Positions 12,501 to 24,600 of a stretch of DNA of 64,000 nt are shown here, piece by piece. The translations under genes and the position numbers were made by a program. Numbering within the stretch: position 1 is the first letter of the stretch; each line of letters begins with the position of its first letter. The notes under the pieces were generated by a model. That model had not been told where the DNA came from, did not search any database, and worked only from the letters and a program-made list of their open reading frames with translations. The stretch is from assembly GCA_030141605.1 (NCBI GenBank), contig JAQGDQ010000003.1, positions 1,922,001-1,986,000 of the forward strand, in the 5' to 3' direction. This DNA comes from Tubiluchus corallicola. Its lineage: Eukaryota > Animalia > Priapulida.

Positions 12501-13972
12501 ACACTCAAATAGAATTCCAACACTCAGATTTGATTCGAACATTCGATGCCAACCCGTACCAAGTACATTGTATACAGAGTTATTACATTAGTTAAACGAA
12601 TTGTGAACGTTCTTTTTTGTGAGTTCGCATTACTGGTGTGTACGCAATAAGCCATATTCGCTATAAATGTGTCATACTGTACGAAGCCGAAATTTTACAT
12701 TCAAATAGAATTCCAACACTCAGATTTGATTCGAACATTCGATGCCAACCCGTACCAAGTACATTGTATACAGAGTTATTACATTAGTTAAACGAATTGT
12801 GAACGTTCTTTTTTGTGAGTTCGCATTACTGGTGTGTACGCAATAAGCCATATTCGCTATAAATGTGTCATACTGTACGCCACATGCTGCCTTATTCTGT
12901 AAATAGTTTTTAGACGAATAGCACTTACTCCATCACAAGACTGCTTTTTAGTGGATAACGTTCCACTGTAATTTCGGGAGAAGGATGAAGCTGGTAGCTT
13001 GTACTCATACCAGTAGATCGATCTGATCTTTCTTCACTTTTGGATTCAGAACTTGATATTTCCTGGCCGTCTTTACTTTTCCGTTTTCGTGGTGGATGTG
13101 CCTTTTCTATCTCTATCAAATATGAAAAAATTTAGTCTTTCTATCTCATACATTTAGTCTTACAGCGCACCTTCATACAACTTAAGCGTAATTTATACTA
13201 AGTGTATACTGGATGGTGGTATATCAGGTTCAGCTAAGAAGCTGTAAGGATGTCTAAGGAATTAGGCAACCAAATTCCAGCAACTTATAGCTATTAGATG
13301 CAGGACAGTCTTTAGGGCATGGGTGAATTTAATGGGATTTGCATCGCACTTTGTTACCCATTTTCTTGCATTTGTAAATCAACATTCATTTTGGCTAACC
13401 AGTACTGGAAACCGATACAAGAAATGACATATATTTGTTCTAATTTTACCCAACTGAAAAAATGCAACCAAATGTAGGTACGATATGTACATATTCTTTT
13501 CTGTAAAATAGACTGTTTGTTTACGAATGTAATAACGTACCACATAATTTTATTGATTTATTACTCAGTTCTAGTTTTATTGGTTTTTAATATATTTTTA
13601 ATTAAACCTAGTGTCTGTGAAATGCAATGACAACAGTGTTAGTCATTCCCAGTGGCGGCTCGTAGCTAAAGTTAGCGAAAAAAATTTGCCATTGTTTTAA
13701 TATTGCTTAAAACGAAACAAACACATAAAAAGAAAATTCATACATAAACTTTATAAAATCCTAAACAAAATAAATATTTGTTACTTGCTAATAGCCTAAA
13801 TTGTTATAGTTAAAGCTTGATCATTCATTTAAAAACATAAACGACTCTTCTCTTTTTACTATGCACAAAAAGATTTATAACTTTCTCCTTGATTTCTACC
13901 TTGCACACTTGCACAACAGGGTCGGCACTGCGTGAGCAACAGTGCTCTCTCTCTCTCGCTCGCTCCCTCCCT

Positions 13973-14042
<70 letters not shown>

Positions 14043-17000
14043 AGCGTGCAGCTTCTTATCTCCGACATGTACACATGCACACAACAGCCAAACACCGAGT
14101 TGCTGGAATTGTGAAGCGCACAGTTCCATACAAGGATTTTTGTAATTTTTCCATGAATCAGGGAATCATTACTGACAATAAGCTTAAGGATTATATAATG
14201 TATAAGCATGTAGAAAGAATTACAGAAAAGAGACTCATTATATTGAATGTTAACAACAATATTGAGTGACAATAGGAGATGCTGCAGCACTGCAGTGCCT
14301 AGACACAAGCCACCACTGGTCGTTCCTCGTTTGATAAACTTGCAACATCTTTTGTTTCTTTTGTTACAATGAGTGAAAACAGAAAACCAAAACTTTATTA
14401 GCATTTAATGTGTACGTTAGTGGAACATTTGAAATGTAATTATGCAAAGAAACACACTATGACCAGAAGTGTATTTTCACCCTTCCACTCTCTTTGTCAT
14501 AATGACCAGTTTGTAGCTAAATGGTGTATGAGCGACAAAGAAGCCAAACAGCATTTTCCAAATTTATAAAGTACACGGGAGAAGTAGGTGCAAGGGAGAA
14601 GCAGAAGGAATACCTAAAATGAATAATGAACTTTTGATGAAATGTCTTTGCTGAATCCAAAATAAATAAGAAAAACAGAATCGCTGTTGTTGTGTTTTGT
14701 CAGTATATTAACTTGCCATTGAAAATGTATTTTTGTAGGTAGGCCTCATATATTTGCAAAAAATATTTATCAGTAAGTGCTAATCAAAAAATGTTATTTG
14801 CTAGTCAAATGAAAAGATGATTAGCAGTTGACGCTAATCAAATTTGAAAAATTAAATTCATCTCTGCTTCAGTGAAACAGACAGTGATATTATAAATGAG
14901 TGGTTCAAGATCAAAATGGAAGTCCGGAAGCAAAACATACATTTCCAACTCAAAACCTGTTAAGTGCTGGACAACCAAACTTGGGTAACTTCCAGCACTG
15001 GAGTATGTGAGTGCTACATACATGTACAGTAACTGGACTGGCAATATGAATCTTACCTGCTAGGTGAAATGATAATCACATAGCACTTACTGGCTGCCCC
15101 CTTTACACAACGATTAAAATCAAAATGCACTACAAATTCCATTTCTCACCTAAGTTAGTAGACTGTTCTTCCAAAACCGTGGGCAATGTCTCATCAATGG
15201 GAAGTGCATAATCAATTGCACCAATCGATTCTGCCCTACAAATAAACATTTTCTGCAATTTTAAAAATGCGTATTAAGTAATATTACTAATAGTACTATC
15301 TGATCCACTCTCTTGGGTTGGAATGGTCACTTACGTTTTACACTATAAACTATTTAGATTTTGCGAAGTAAATGATAACAATGAATTTACCATTACAAAA
15401 GTATTTTGTTACATAAACTAATTTACAAATTACCAATTAAATGTCATTAGTAGCAGTAAATCTCGAAACTTACCTAAGTTGGTCCTGCATTCTTACACTG
15501 TCCTGTCTGTCAGCTTGATATGAAGAATCACCACGAATTGCTAGATACAAAAGATAAACCATAGTATTTATGCACATGTAACAACATGTATTTTCTTTTC
15601 ACAATTCATTCAAACCAGTTTCACAACAATGCATCAATCACTATGTAATTTCTGTAATGCTATATCTTTGAAAGAACTTACCAATTTCGGAATCAGATAA
15701 ATGTGACCTACTAAGTCTAGACCTCTCACGACTATCGCTAATATCTGACTGATCTCTCCTCCTTTCGGGTGATGAAACAGCACTGTCTCTCCTCAACTGT
15801 TGTGCAAAATCAGCATGAGTGTCTTTAACTGTAGCCCTGGGAAAATCTGACACAAATCCAGCCAATATTTCTTCTGGCCTCTGGGACACTTCCATTTCTT
15901 TTTCAGCTGATGGAACCTCGAGACGCTCCAGTGGTAACAGTTCAACGGCAGGCTTAATGTGAAAAGATAGGAAAATGAAATCATTATTTCACAAACGAAA
16001 CCGGGTAAACCCTAAAACTACTATGCCGTAGGAATGCTTGTAGTGTTTACTGTATAAATTTTGATATCCAACTAAATCCAAGAATCACCTTAGAAATGTG
16101 AGAATTAACCTTATATTTGTGACTTAAATAGCTCAACTTATTCATTAAGGCACAGAGGCACACAGAACTTCCAGTGTCACAATATTTGCAGTAAAATGAG
16201 ACAATTTTCACTGAAAGAATTACTGGCTGAATTTTTTATTTCTCCATGACTAGTCACATAAAATTCTTTGTGTTTGACACCACAAATTTACGCCTACATC
16301 AAAATACTCACCTCGGTTATCTGCTGCTCAACAGAGCTAGGGTCTACAGTAGGTTCTTGTGGTATTGTCCACGGATAAGAGTCATCATATGCACCTATTT
16401 CTTCCTGTGCAGTTACGGCATTGCGCCGCCAAAGTGGTAGCAAGTGGCCACTTGAACGGATGCCTTTAAATATGCAAAATGTGTACCTATAAAGCTTGGA
16501 AATATCTAATTTAAATTAATCTTTGGCTTCTGCATCACTCTACCACAAAATGCAATAAGTTGCACTTAACATATTTGTTGATTTACTGTATGCATAAGTA
16601 AAAATATTATTTCACAGTTTGGCTTTTTACACACCTCTTGTTGCTGGCAGGCTGAAAACTTCAGCCATGTTTCTAGAGATCCACCATCTTGGATATACTT
16701 GAATTCTATCATCCTGTAAGCGTACACTAACACAAATTAATATAAGTTCAACAGAAATGTGGCCAACTAAAATAATAATGCAAACTAGCCAAGGCCCCGA
16801 AAAAGGTTTTGCTCATAAATACACTGATAATCAATAATGTGTGAACATCCAACATAGTGTATGTTTATCATCCTTGCACTCAGATATTACTATTAATGCA
16901 AAAACCAGCAGCATTTACTGGAGCAAAGACATAGGCAGAGTATGACGGTATGACATGAAAACAACGCAATGAAACATTACAGCATTACAGCTTCCAAGCG

Positions 17001-18641
17001 AGAATCTTCCGAAATAGAATCTCCAATTAACTCGCCCTAAAACGTGAGAGACATAAACTTGTAGTCTATACAGTTCCTCCTCTTCCCAAAAAACTATAAA
17101 TCTTCTTCCAAGACACCCACCAGGTGCCACTAGAACATTTTTTCTACATGGTGTTCTGTAAAATTTAAAAAAAAACTAGGAGGTTTGGTTTGGGAAAAAA
17201 TTGATTGCAGGAAACATGGCACCCTCGAGAATTCTAAATATGCCTATAACACCCATCAATGAACGTGCTACATAACCGTTATAAGCACAATCCTTGGTAT
17301 GTCCACATTCTCTTAAAATAGGAAGTATAAGTTTTGCAAAAAACAGGAAAAAACGGCCATTTTTAGAGGTTGTTGGCTCCTGTTCCTTGCAACTAACGAA
17401 TCATCGAGATGGTACTACACCATTATGCAGAGTATTTCATGATTTTGACAGTGGACTTCATTTTTCTACAATACATTTCACAAGATGATAGATTTCATTT
17501 TTCTACAATATATTTCAACAGATAAACGATGGATTTCATTCTCATACAATGTATTTCAAAAAATAGACAATGAATTCTCTTAATTATACAATGTATTTCC
17601 TAATATTGACAATGATATCTAAAAGTTGTACTTACATAGTTGCCCATACAATGTTCACAAGTAGACAAATCAACAGTATCAGTCCAAAACGTCGAAGAGT
17701 AAAGTCAGATTGGCGGTGACCTTTGTTAAAAAATGCAGAGTGCAACAACAGCAACGACTGATGATTTGTATGATGGTACAGTGGTGCAATTTATGACTCA
17801 TTATAATGAAGACGACGATGATGATACAGTGAATGACTGTAGCCTAGCGCATAGCAATGATTATGATGATGATTCATTGATAAAGATGGCAAACTATGTT
17901 GTCGCTGTTCCTTCAACTACAGATGATGGCCTAGATGCAAAACTTTCAAATTATTTAATCATGCAAAAGGAAGATGGTTTGCCAGGCTATCCTATTCAGA
18001 TGTAATAATTGCTACTGGTAAACCTTTTCTTAATATTTCAAGAACTCCCAAAATCCAAAACTTCACACCTTGTAGCAAGTTTGCTGTACACTTAAAGACC
18101 ATTAAGCTGTCATTGCCACAGTTGTGTGTGAATGTTTGGTCCCCTTGATGGTGGTAATTCGCAGTTGACTCTGCTGCCTTTTCTGGAAGATCCAGACCTC
18201 TGTCAGCAAAACAGCTGCACCTCCACTCTTGAAATTTGGTTTGTTCTTGTAAATACATAAACTTGTACTTGCATCACACACATGTAAACCTTGCAGGAGT
18301 ATGTTAATATCAGGGTGCATTATTGTATTAAAATTAAATATAGTGTCAAAAAGTGAAATACATGTTTTGAAGTGACTATTTTTAAAATACGATGTAGAAA
18401 ATAAAATTACAATAGCACTTTTTAAAACTACATTGAAGAAAAGTGAAATCCATCAAGTATTATGAAATACATTGTAGAAAAATGAAATACATTGTCCATC
18501 TCAGTAAATTAATAGTGCATTTTTAAAAATACTGTGCAAAATGGTGTAGGTTAAAACCTTTCATTTGGTATATGGATCACTGAAGGGTGTGCACTTGTTG
18601 GAGCTATAGCCTCGAATTTTATACACACACGCACGCGCACG

Positions 18642-18687
<46 letters not shown>

Positions 18688-21600
18688 ATATATATGGATT
18701 TTACATACATATATATATATATATATATAAATCCAAATACCAGCAGAATTTGTGTATGTTAGTATGTTAGATAGACTAAAATGATGCTACGAAAGCCATT
18801 TTCATGAAACAAAGCTACAGACATCTTCATTGGCAAACTGAGTAAAATACAAAAGAGGAAACCTACTCTATGGTGTTTTTAAGTTAAATTATTTTACTCA
18901 TATTTGCCTTGCACTAGCTATCAAAAACTAAAGGGAGGTTAAGTTTTGTGTTTCATATGACATACAGGTTTAAGTTCGTAAATTAAGCAAAATAACTGAC
19001 TAAAACATGACCTCTGCAGAACAGCCAGTAATAAAATATAAGCAATGAACTCGGACATTTAAAGAAAAACAAGCTACAACATTTGCATTGATCAACATGA
19101 AGCATACTTGTAAAGGACGAACAATATCACTTGTATTGGTCAGCTGTTCCTGAAGTTCATGACTCGATATTTTAATGTTCTCATCAGCAAATGCGAGAGC
19201 CCTCCGTTTGCGTGGTGGTCTCACCAGGGCATCAATAGGAACTTCACCAAGCTCAAGAGTTAAGTCTTCTGATTGAACCTGTTACGGATGTGAAAAAATA
19301 TTCACTTAACTTTTGCACTGATGGGTATGGCCAAAGTAAATAGAAAATGACTGCATTTCCAAATAGGACTGGCAAGTTACAGAACAGTTCTTCATTAATA
19401 TCACATTTGTAAAAAAGTCATTAAAAATATTTTAGTAAGCTCTACAAATTTGTGCCTTTTTAATAACTATTTGTAAGAGGAATTGCTACCAAAGACATAA
19501 TGGTAGCAAACAATGAATATGAACATTGAACAATGAAATGAATTTATCATAATTGCTAAGATCGGTAAGCGATACCAGTGATCTCATGAATAAACACATT
19601 ATTTACAAATTGATAATGCTAAACTAACAGCACCTAAACGCTCTCATTTTGCCTCTCTTTCATTGAATTTTTACTTTTAAATATAAAAATTTGAAACCTA
19701 ATTAACTTTTCTTCAGTTTACAATTATAACAGACCCCTCAATGGTTACCTGTTTTCGTTTTGGGCGGGCTTTTGGAGCAGTAGCAGGTGATCTGGGCACT
19801 GGTGCTGGAGTTATCTCACTAATTGTCACTTCGGGCTCTTTCTCCGCCGTAACGACTTTACTTGTTTTCTCTTCCATAGCAATCTCACTTGGTTTGTCAT
19901 GAACTTCTGCCACCACAGTCATTAACTCTGCTTGGTCTTGTTGTTGACTAAGAAAGTAAGTGCATTAATAAAAACAAGTTGTGAAATAAGGGTGTGGGCA
20001 AAAATCTGTTTTGCTTTCCCCATTCTACGTGTACATTATGCTTGTGAAAGATATTCAGTAATCACATGAAGTAGGATATTAGTTAACCACCGTAACACTT
20101 ACACCATCCTGACCGCATCACCAGCAGGTCCAGGAAGTAATTCTTCAAATATTCCTCCTAATGGCCCTTGCGCCATCATTTCATGAAGTTCTTCCAGGTT
20201 AAGAGGAGGCAAGTCCTGCTCATGAACAACCTACAATTTAAAAAAAAAGAACAGTATTTGAGTCTCCACATGGAAAGCACGAACAAATCCAAAATTCAGC
20301 TGATTAGTACAATCACTGCCAAATGCTATTATTGTCGTAAATAATGTTGTTAAAAAAATTCGCAAGCTATACAAAGCTTACAGTAGTTTAAGTATAATAT
20401 ATTAATATAACACACCTAGATCCATATTTTAGGCTATGCTTACCATACTTGGCACACCCAAAGGCACCGTATCATCTACAATTTGTAACTGGCTTGGAGG
20501 TACTGTATGCGGTAGTGGTTCTATGACAAAGAAAACGTTAAATAGAAAGATTTCAAGTCATCATCAAAAATACGAGAGAACCAGATTACAGAACTTGATG
20601 TAATACTTTCGACAGTGTAAATGAAATTTTGCATTTATTTCGGAACCATGTTACAAATCGCTGTTCTAGGCTTTTGTTCGCGCCTTTATGCATTTTGTTC
20701 ACATTAATTCTGATAAATTAACAGTTTAGTCAAATCCATTTAAATTTTTACACAGATGATGTAAAAAAACAACATTGTTGAGAAAAACGACCCACAATAC
20801 ATGCTAGAACAGAAGCTATGCAATTAATTTGCTCTGTCTTGAATGTTAGTTTTGTACACCTAACCAAAAAGCTAATCAAAATTTGACATTATCAGAATCT
20901 AAATTATCACATTTCAAAATGAAGCATATTTTATAGCATAGCTGATAAAAGAAAATGCTTTGTTACAATGGTTTTTTAAAAAAATTACCTTCAACAATAG
21001 GAAGAATGTCAGATGATCTACTCTCATGTTTCTTCCTCTTTCTACTCCTCTCTTCCTGAGTGCTCTCAGCCTCCGTACCAGGTTGGGACTCTGGTTGCTT
21101 TACCGAAATGAATTCCTACACAGACATTAACCATGTACTAAGAAATGTGTAAAACTAATAAACATAATCAGGTTTGCATAATGGTTCATAAATATAAATA
21201 GACCATGCAAATTTCACAACTAATGCTGGAATAATAATAACACAGTGTTTTTTTAAAACCTGCTCAACACATTTCAAATGAGAGACGGGAGAAATTTATT
21301 ATGGTGATTGATCAGTCACCTTAATGCCAATCAGATTAGATTACAAGAACAGTGGATAAAAAACCACAAGCTCTTCCAGTTTTCACTCTTAAGTAGCTGG
21401 TTTTTTCAGCTCAAAAGATATAACTTAAATAGTTGAAAATTACATAAACGTGTTCAATACAATTAGCGAAAAGAGGGACAAAAATATTTAAAATTGTAAT
21501 TTTCCTACTCATCTTTAAAAGAAAATGCAATGTACATGAAAGCAAGCCCAATACCTCCGCAGTTAAATAAGGATCTATCAGGAATTCATGACAGCCAAAA

Positions 21601-24600
21601 CTTCCAAATTCAGGACCAACAAACATGCCAAGATTTTCTAATGGATCCTCTAGCATCCAGTTCTTCTGCATTCTACAAAATATGCATGAGTAGACCAACA
21701 TTCTGGTCCAGTATTTACAAGAAGCACTCGTGTTAACTAAATACGCTTCATTATATTTACCCTAACCTTAAACATTTTCTCTTATAATGAAAGCCCTGTC
21801 AAATAAATAGAAGACAGTTTGACAAAAGCCTAGTAAATGATATGGGAGAATGTGTACACTGTACAGAATCATAAAAGTCACGCTAATAATAGTACAAAAA
21901 GTCTTCACTTAATGACTCCCAATTTAGCGACATTTCGTTCTAGTGATGCTGAACATTTGACACCTTTTTCCATTTAACGTCAATTTTTTTACTTTGCTGA
22001 AAGCCAAATTTTATTTTTTCAACAACATTTTTTTCTTAATCTTAATGTATAAAAACAGTACATATGGCATCATTCTGTTCTAAACAAGCACTAGTAAAGT
22101 AAACACTGCAATTATTATACAAGCACATACGTTTTTGCTTCCTGACTGAGCACTAAATGGTAGCCGTTTGTGTCAAGGGAGACCTGGGAGTAAACTTTAC
22201 GCGAAAGAATTTAACCTGCAACCAGACTAAGATAAAATTCCCAAGGTCGCTCCTGGACTTGGCTTTGACTCTGCTGCAGTGTTTATTGTTTAACTGCTGC
22301 CTAGACTTAAATGTCAATGAAGGAAAAACCACTAGCTAGGTAAGTAAGATATATAGGTGGTTTCAAGCAAGCAGAAGAAATTAATCAGTGGAAACATTTG
22401 AGTAAAACTCATAAAACATTTATTTTATACGATCTAAGCAGCACTGATTTTTGCCTCAGAAACATATCCCAATTCTTTTACATTACTTTCTACGGAAGAC
22501 TGAGCTTTGTTTAACGAATTTACGCTTAACGTCACATGTGCTGGAACGCATTAGCATCGTTAAGTGAGGATTTACTGTAAGTGTTAGATATAAGACCACA
22601 CAGCCATTTAACACTGAAATATGTTAAAAACTATGTTTTAGAAACTCCAGTGTCACAGGACTCACGGGCTTCTACTTTAATTAAAGCTGAAGTGATTGTA
22701 ATATAATTAACTGAAATTAAACTGATTTCTTAAATCAAATAATTCAGCCACTTAAGTGCATAAGTGCATTTAAACTGGCACTGAAGTTTCAAAAGGAGCC
22801 ACATTAAAATGTGTTTAAGATCTATAAACCTAACTAGCAGGTTTTTCTTTTGAAACAATATAGGGCAAAAGTAGTTTCTGTTCACAAAAAATGATGTTTT
22901 TCAGAGCTTTCGTTTTATCATTTCATTCTGTGTAAATATAGAGCATACTAAAGTGTCTAAGTAAAGCATTCACAGTCATTTAACTCTGTGGTGACTGTGT
23001 GAACGCACGACTAAAAACACTCTACTCACCTATGTTGAGGTAGGTCGATATCAACAAGAGCTATAGCTGCTCGTCGATACAGCAAAGCTCTGCTCATCAA
23101 ATCAGTGGCATCAGCTAGAAAAATTAGAGCATTAAAGGTGCATAATACGATGATTTCTAATTAGCAAATATTGTTAAACAGGTAAAAATTGCTTAGAATA
23201 GCTATTCAAGCAGAATACTTATTGTACTCAATGAGTAAATTTTTAGATTATTTGAACCATAATATTTATGTTAAATAGCCACACAATTTCTAATTATAGC
23301 ATAACAAAAATGAGCAAATTTGATGCTCTGCTTCTGATGTCATAAAAAAGATGGATAATTCATCAAATTAAATTAAATTTTAAAGTGGGATTTATAAAAT
23401 ACTTCTATCAAATTCCGCAAACTTCAAATTACGGAAATGGAAACTCGAGCAAACATTTAGTACTAAATATATGGTTGTGAAATAGATAGTAAACTTACAC
23501 GATAACCTACTGAGATGCTATGTAAAATTATAGCTATAAATTTACCGTACAAAAATTCACAATGTTTAAAGTTGATCTTAACAACACCATACATGAGTTG
23601 CGATGACAGATAAAGAGATAATCGCTCTTTACGAGGTTTGCCTTCCTCACGACGAACCATGATATGATCTATAATCTCTTCGCTGCACAAAAAAACAAAA
23701 AACAAAATGTAAAACTTGAAATACAGTGTACAGTAAAACAGCCATAAAAGCTACCCTAAATATTATGTACAAAAGTAACGTAACAGGATGGTAATATAAT
23801 TATATATTCTCCGAATTGATCCATTAAGCTTTAAAAGCATAGAAAAAAGTTTTGCAGAATTTGTTCTTATATGCACATACAAAGCACAAACCGTACTAAA
23901 ATATTAACAAGTTCTCTATCAAGCTATATAATAAAATAATGTAAATTATTTTGGAAAGGCCAAGTGCACAGCAACTAGCCAAGATGTTAAGGTTTCAAAA
24001 ACAAACTCTGATTTGTCCAGAATTTTATTCATTTTTTTATTTTATTATTTAATAGGCACAAAATTCCATACATTTATACATTAGTAAAAAAGAAACAGTA
24101 AAATTATGTAGCCACGTTCAGCACGACAGTTGTGACTTAACTTAATGATTAACAAAAACATCCTAATATGTAATTTACAATAAAACAACACAAAAATATG
24201 ACATTTTTTTAATTAAATCAGATAGCTTTCAAACATGCTGTGTCCATCCTTAGTGAAATAAAAATGAAAAAATGGATCTTAGAACTTTAAACAAAATGCC
24301 AAAAAACGATAACAATAATCTAAAATGGAAGATTAAAACAAAGACCGTGGATTTCCAACTTTAATGTGCAAACTTAGTTTGACTTATCCGTTAGACATGG
24401 ATGCCAAAATTTTCAAGTTGTTATTACAAGCAGTGGTAAGCAAGTTAATGAGGTTTTTTTTACAATAGAAACTGCCAACAGTAATTTGTCTCCCAGTTAA
24501 AGCAGAGATGCCATAATTGTTCTCCAATTCTTGAGAGTACATGATGCTTGGTATTGCCATGGTAAGTAACACTGAAGTTACTACATGAATATTTATAAAA

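Noticed and set aside
13859-14404. 181-aa ORF with poly-RE
   Set aside because: Produced by the (CT)n microsatellite inside a hAT-type element.
17733-18005. Acidic 90-aa ORF
   Set aside because: Degenerate GAT repeats in the core of the foldback element; no splice or domain support.
22130-22310. Exon-like GC-richer segment in REC8 intron 4
   Set aside because: Stops or phase mismatch with the flanking exons, which join cleanly without it.
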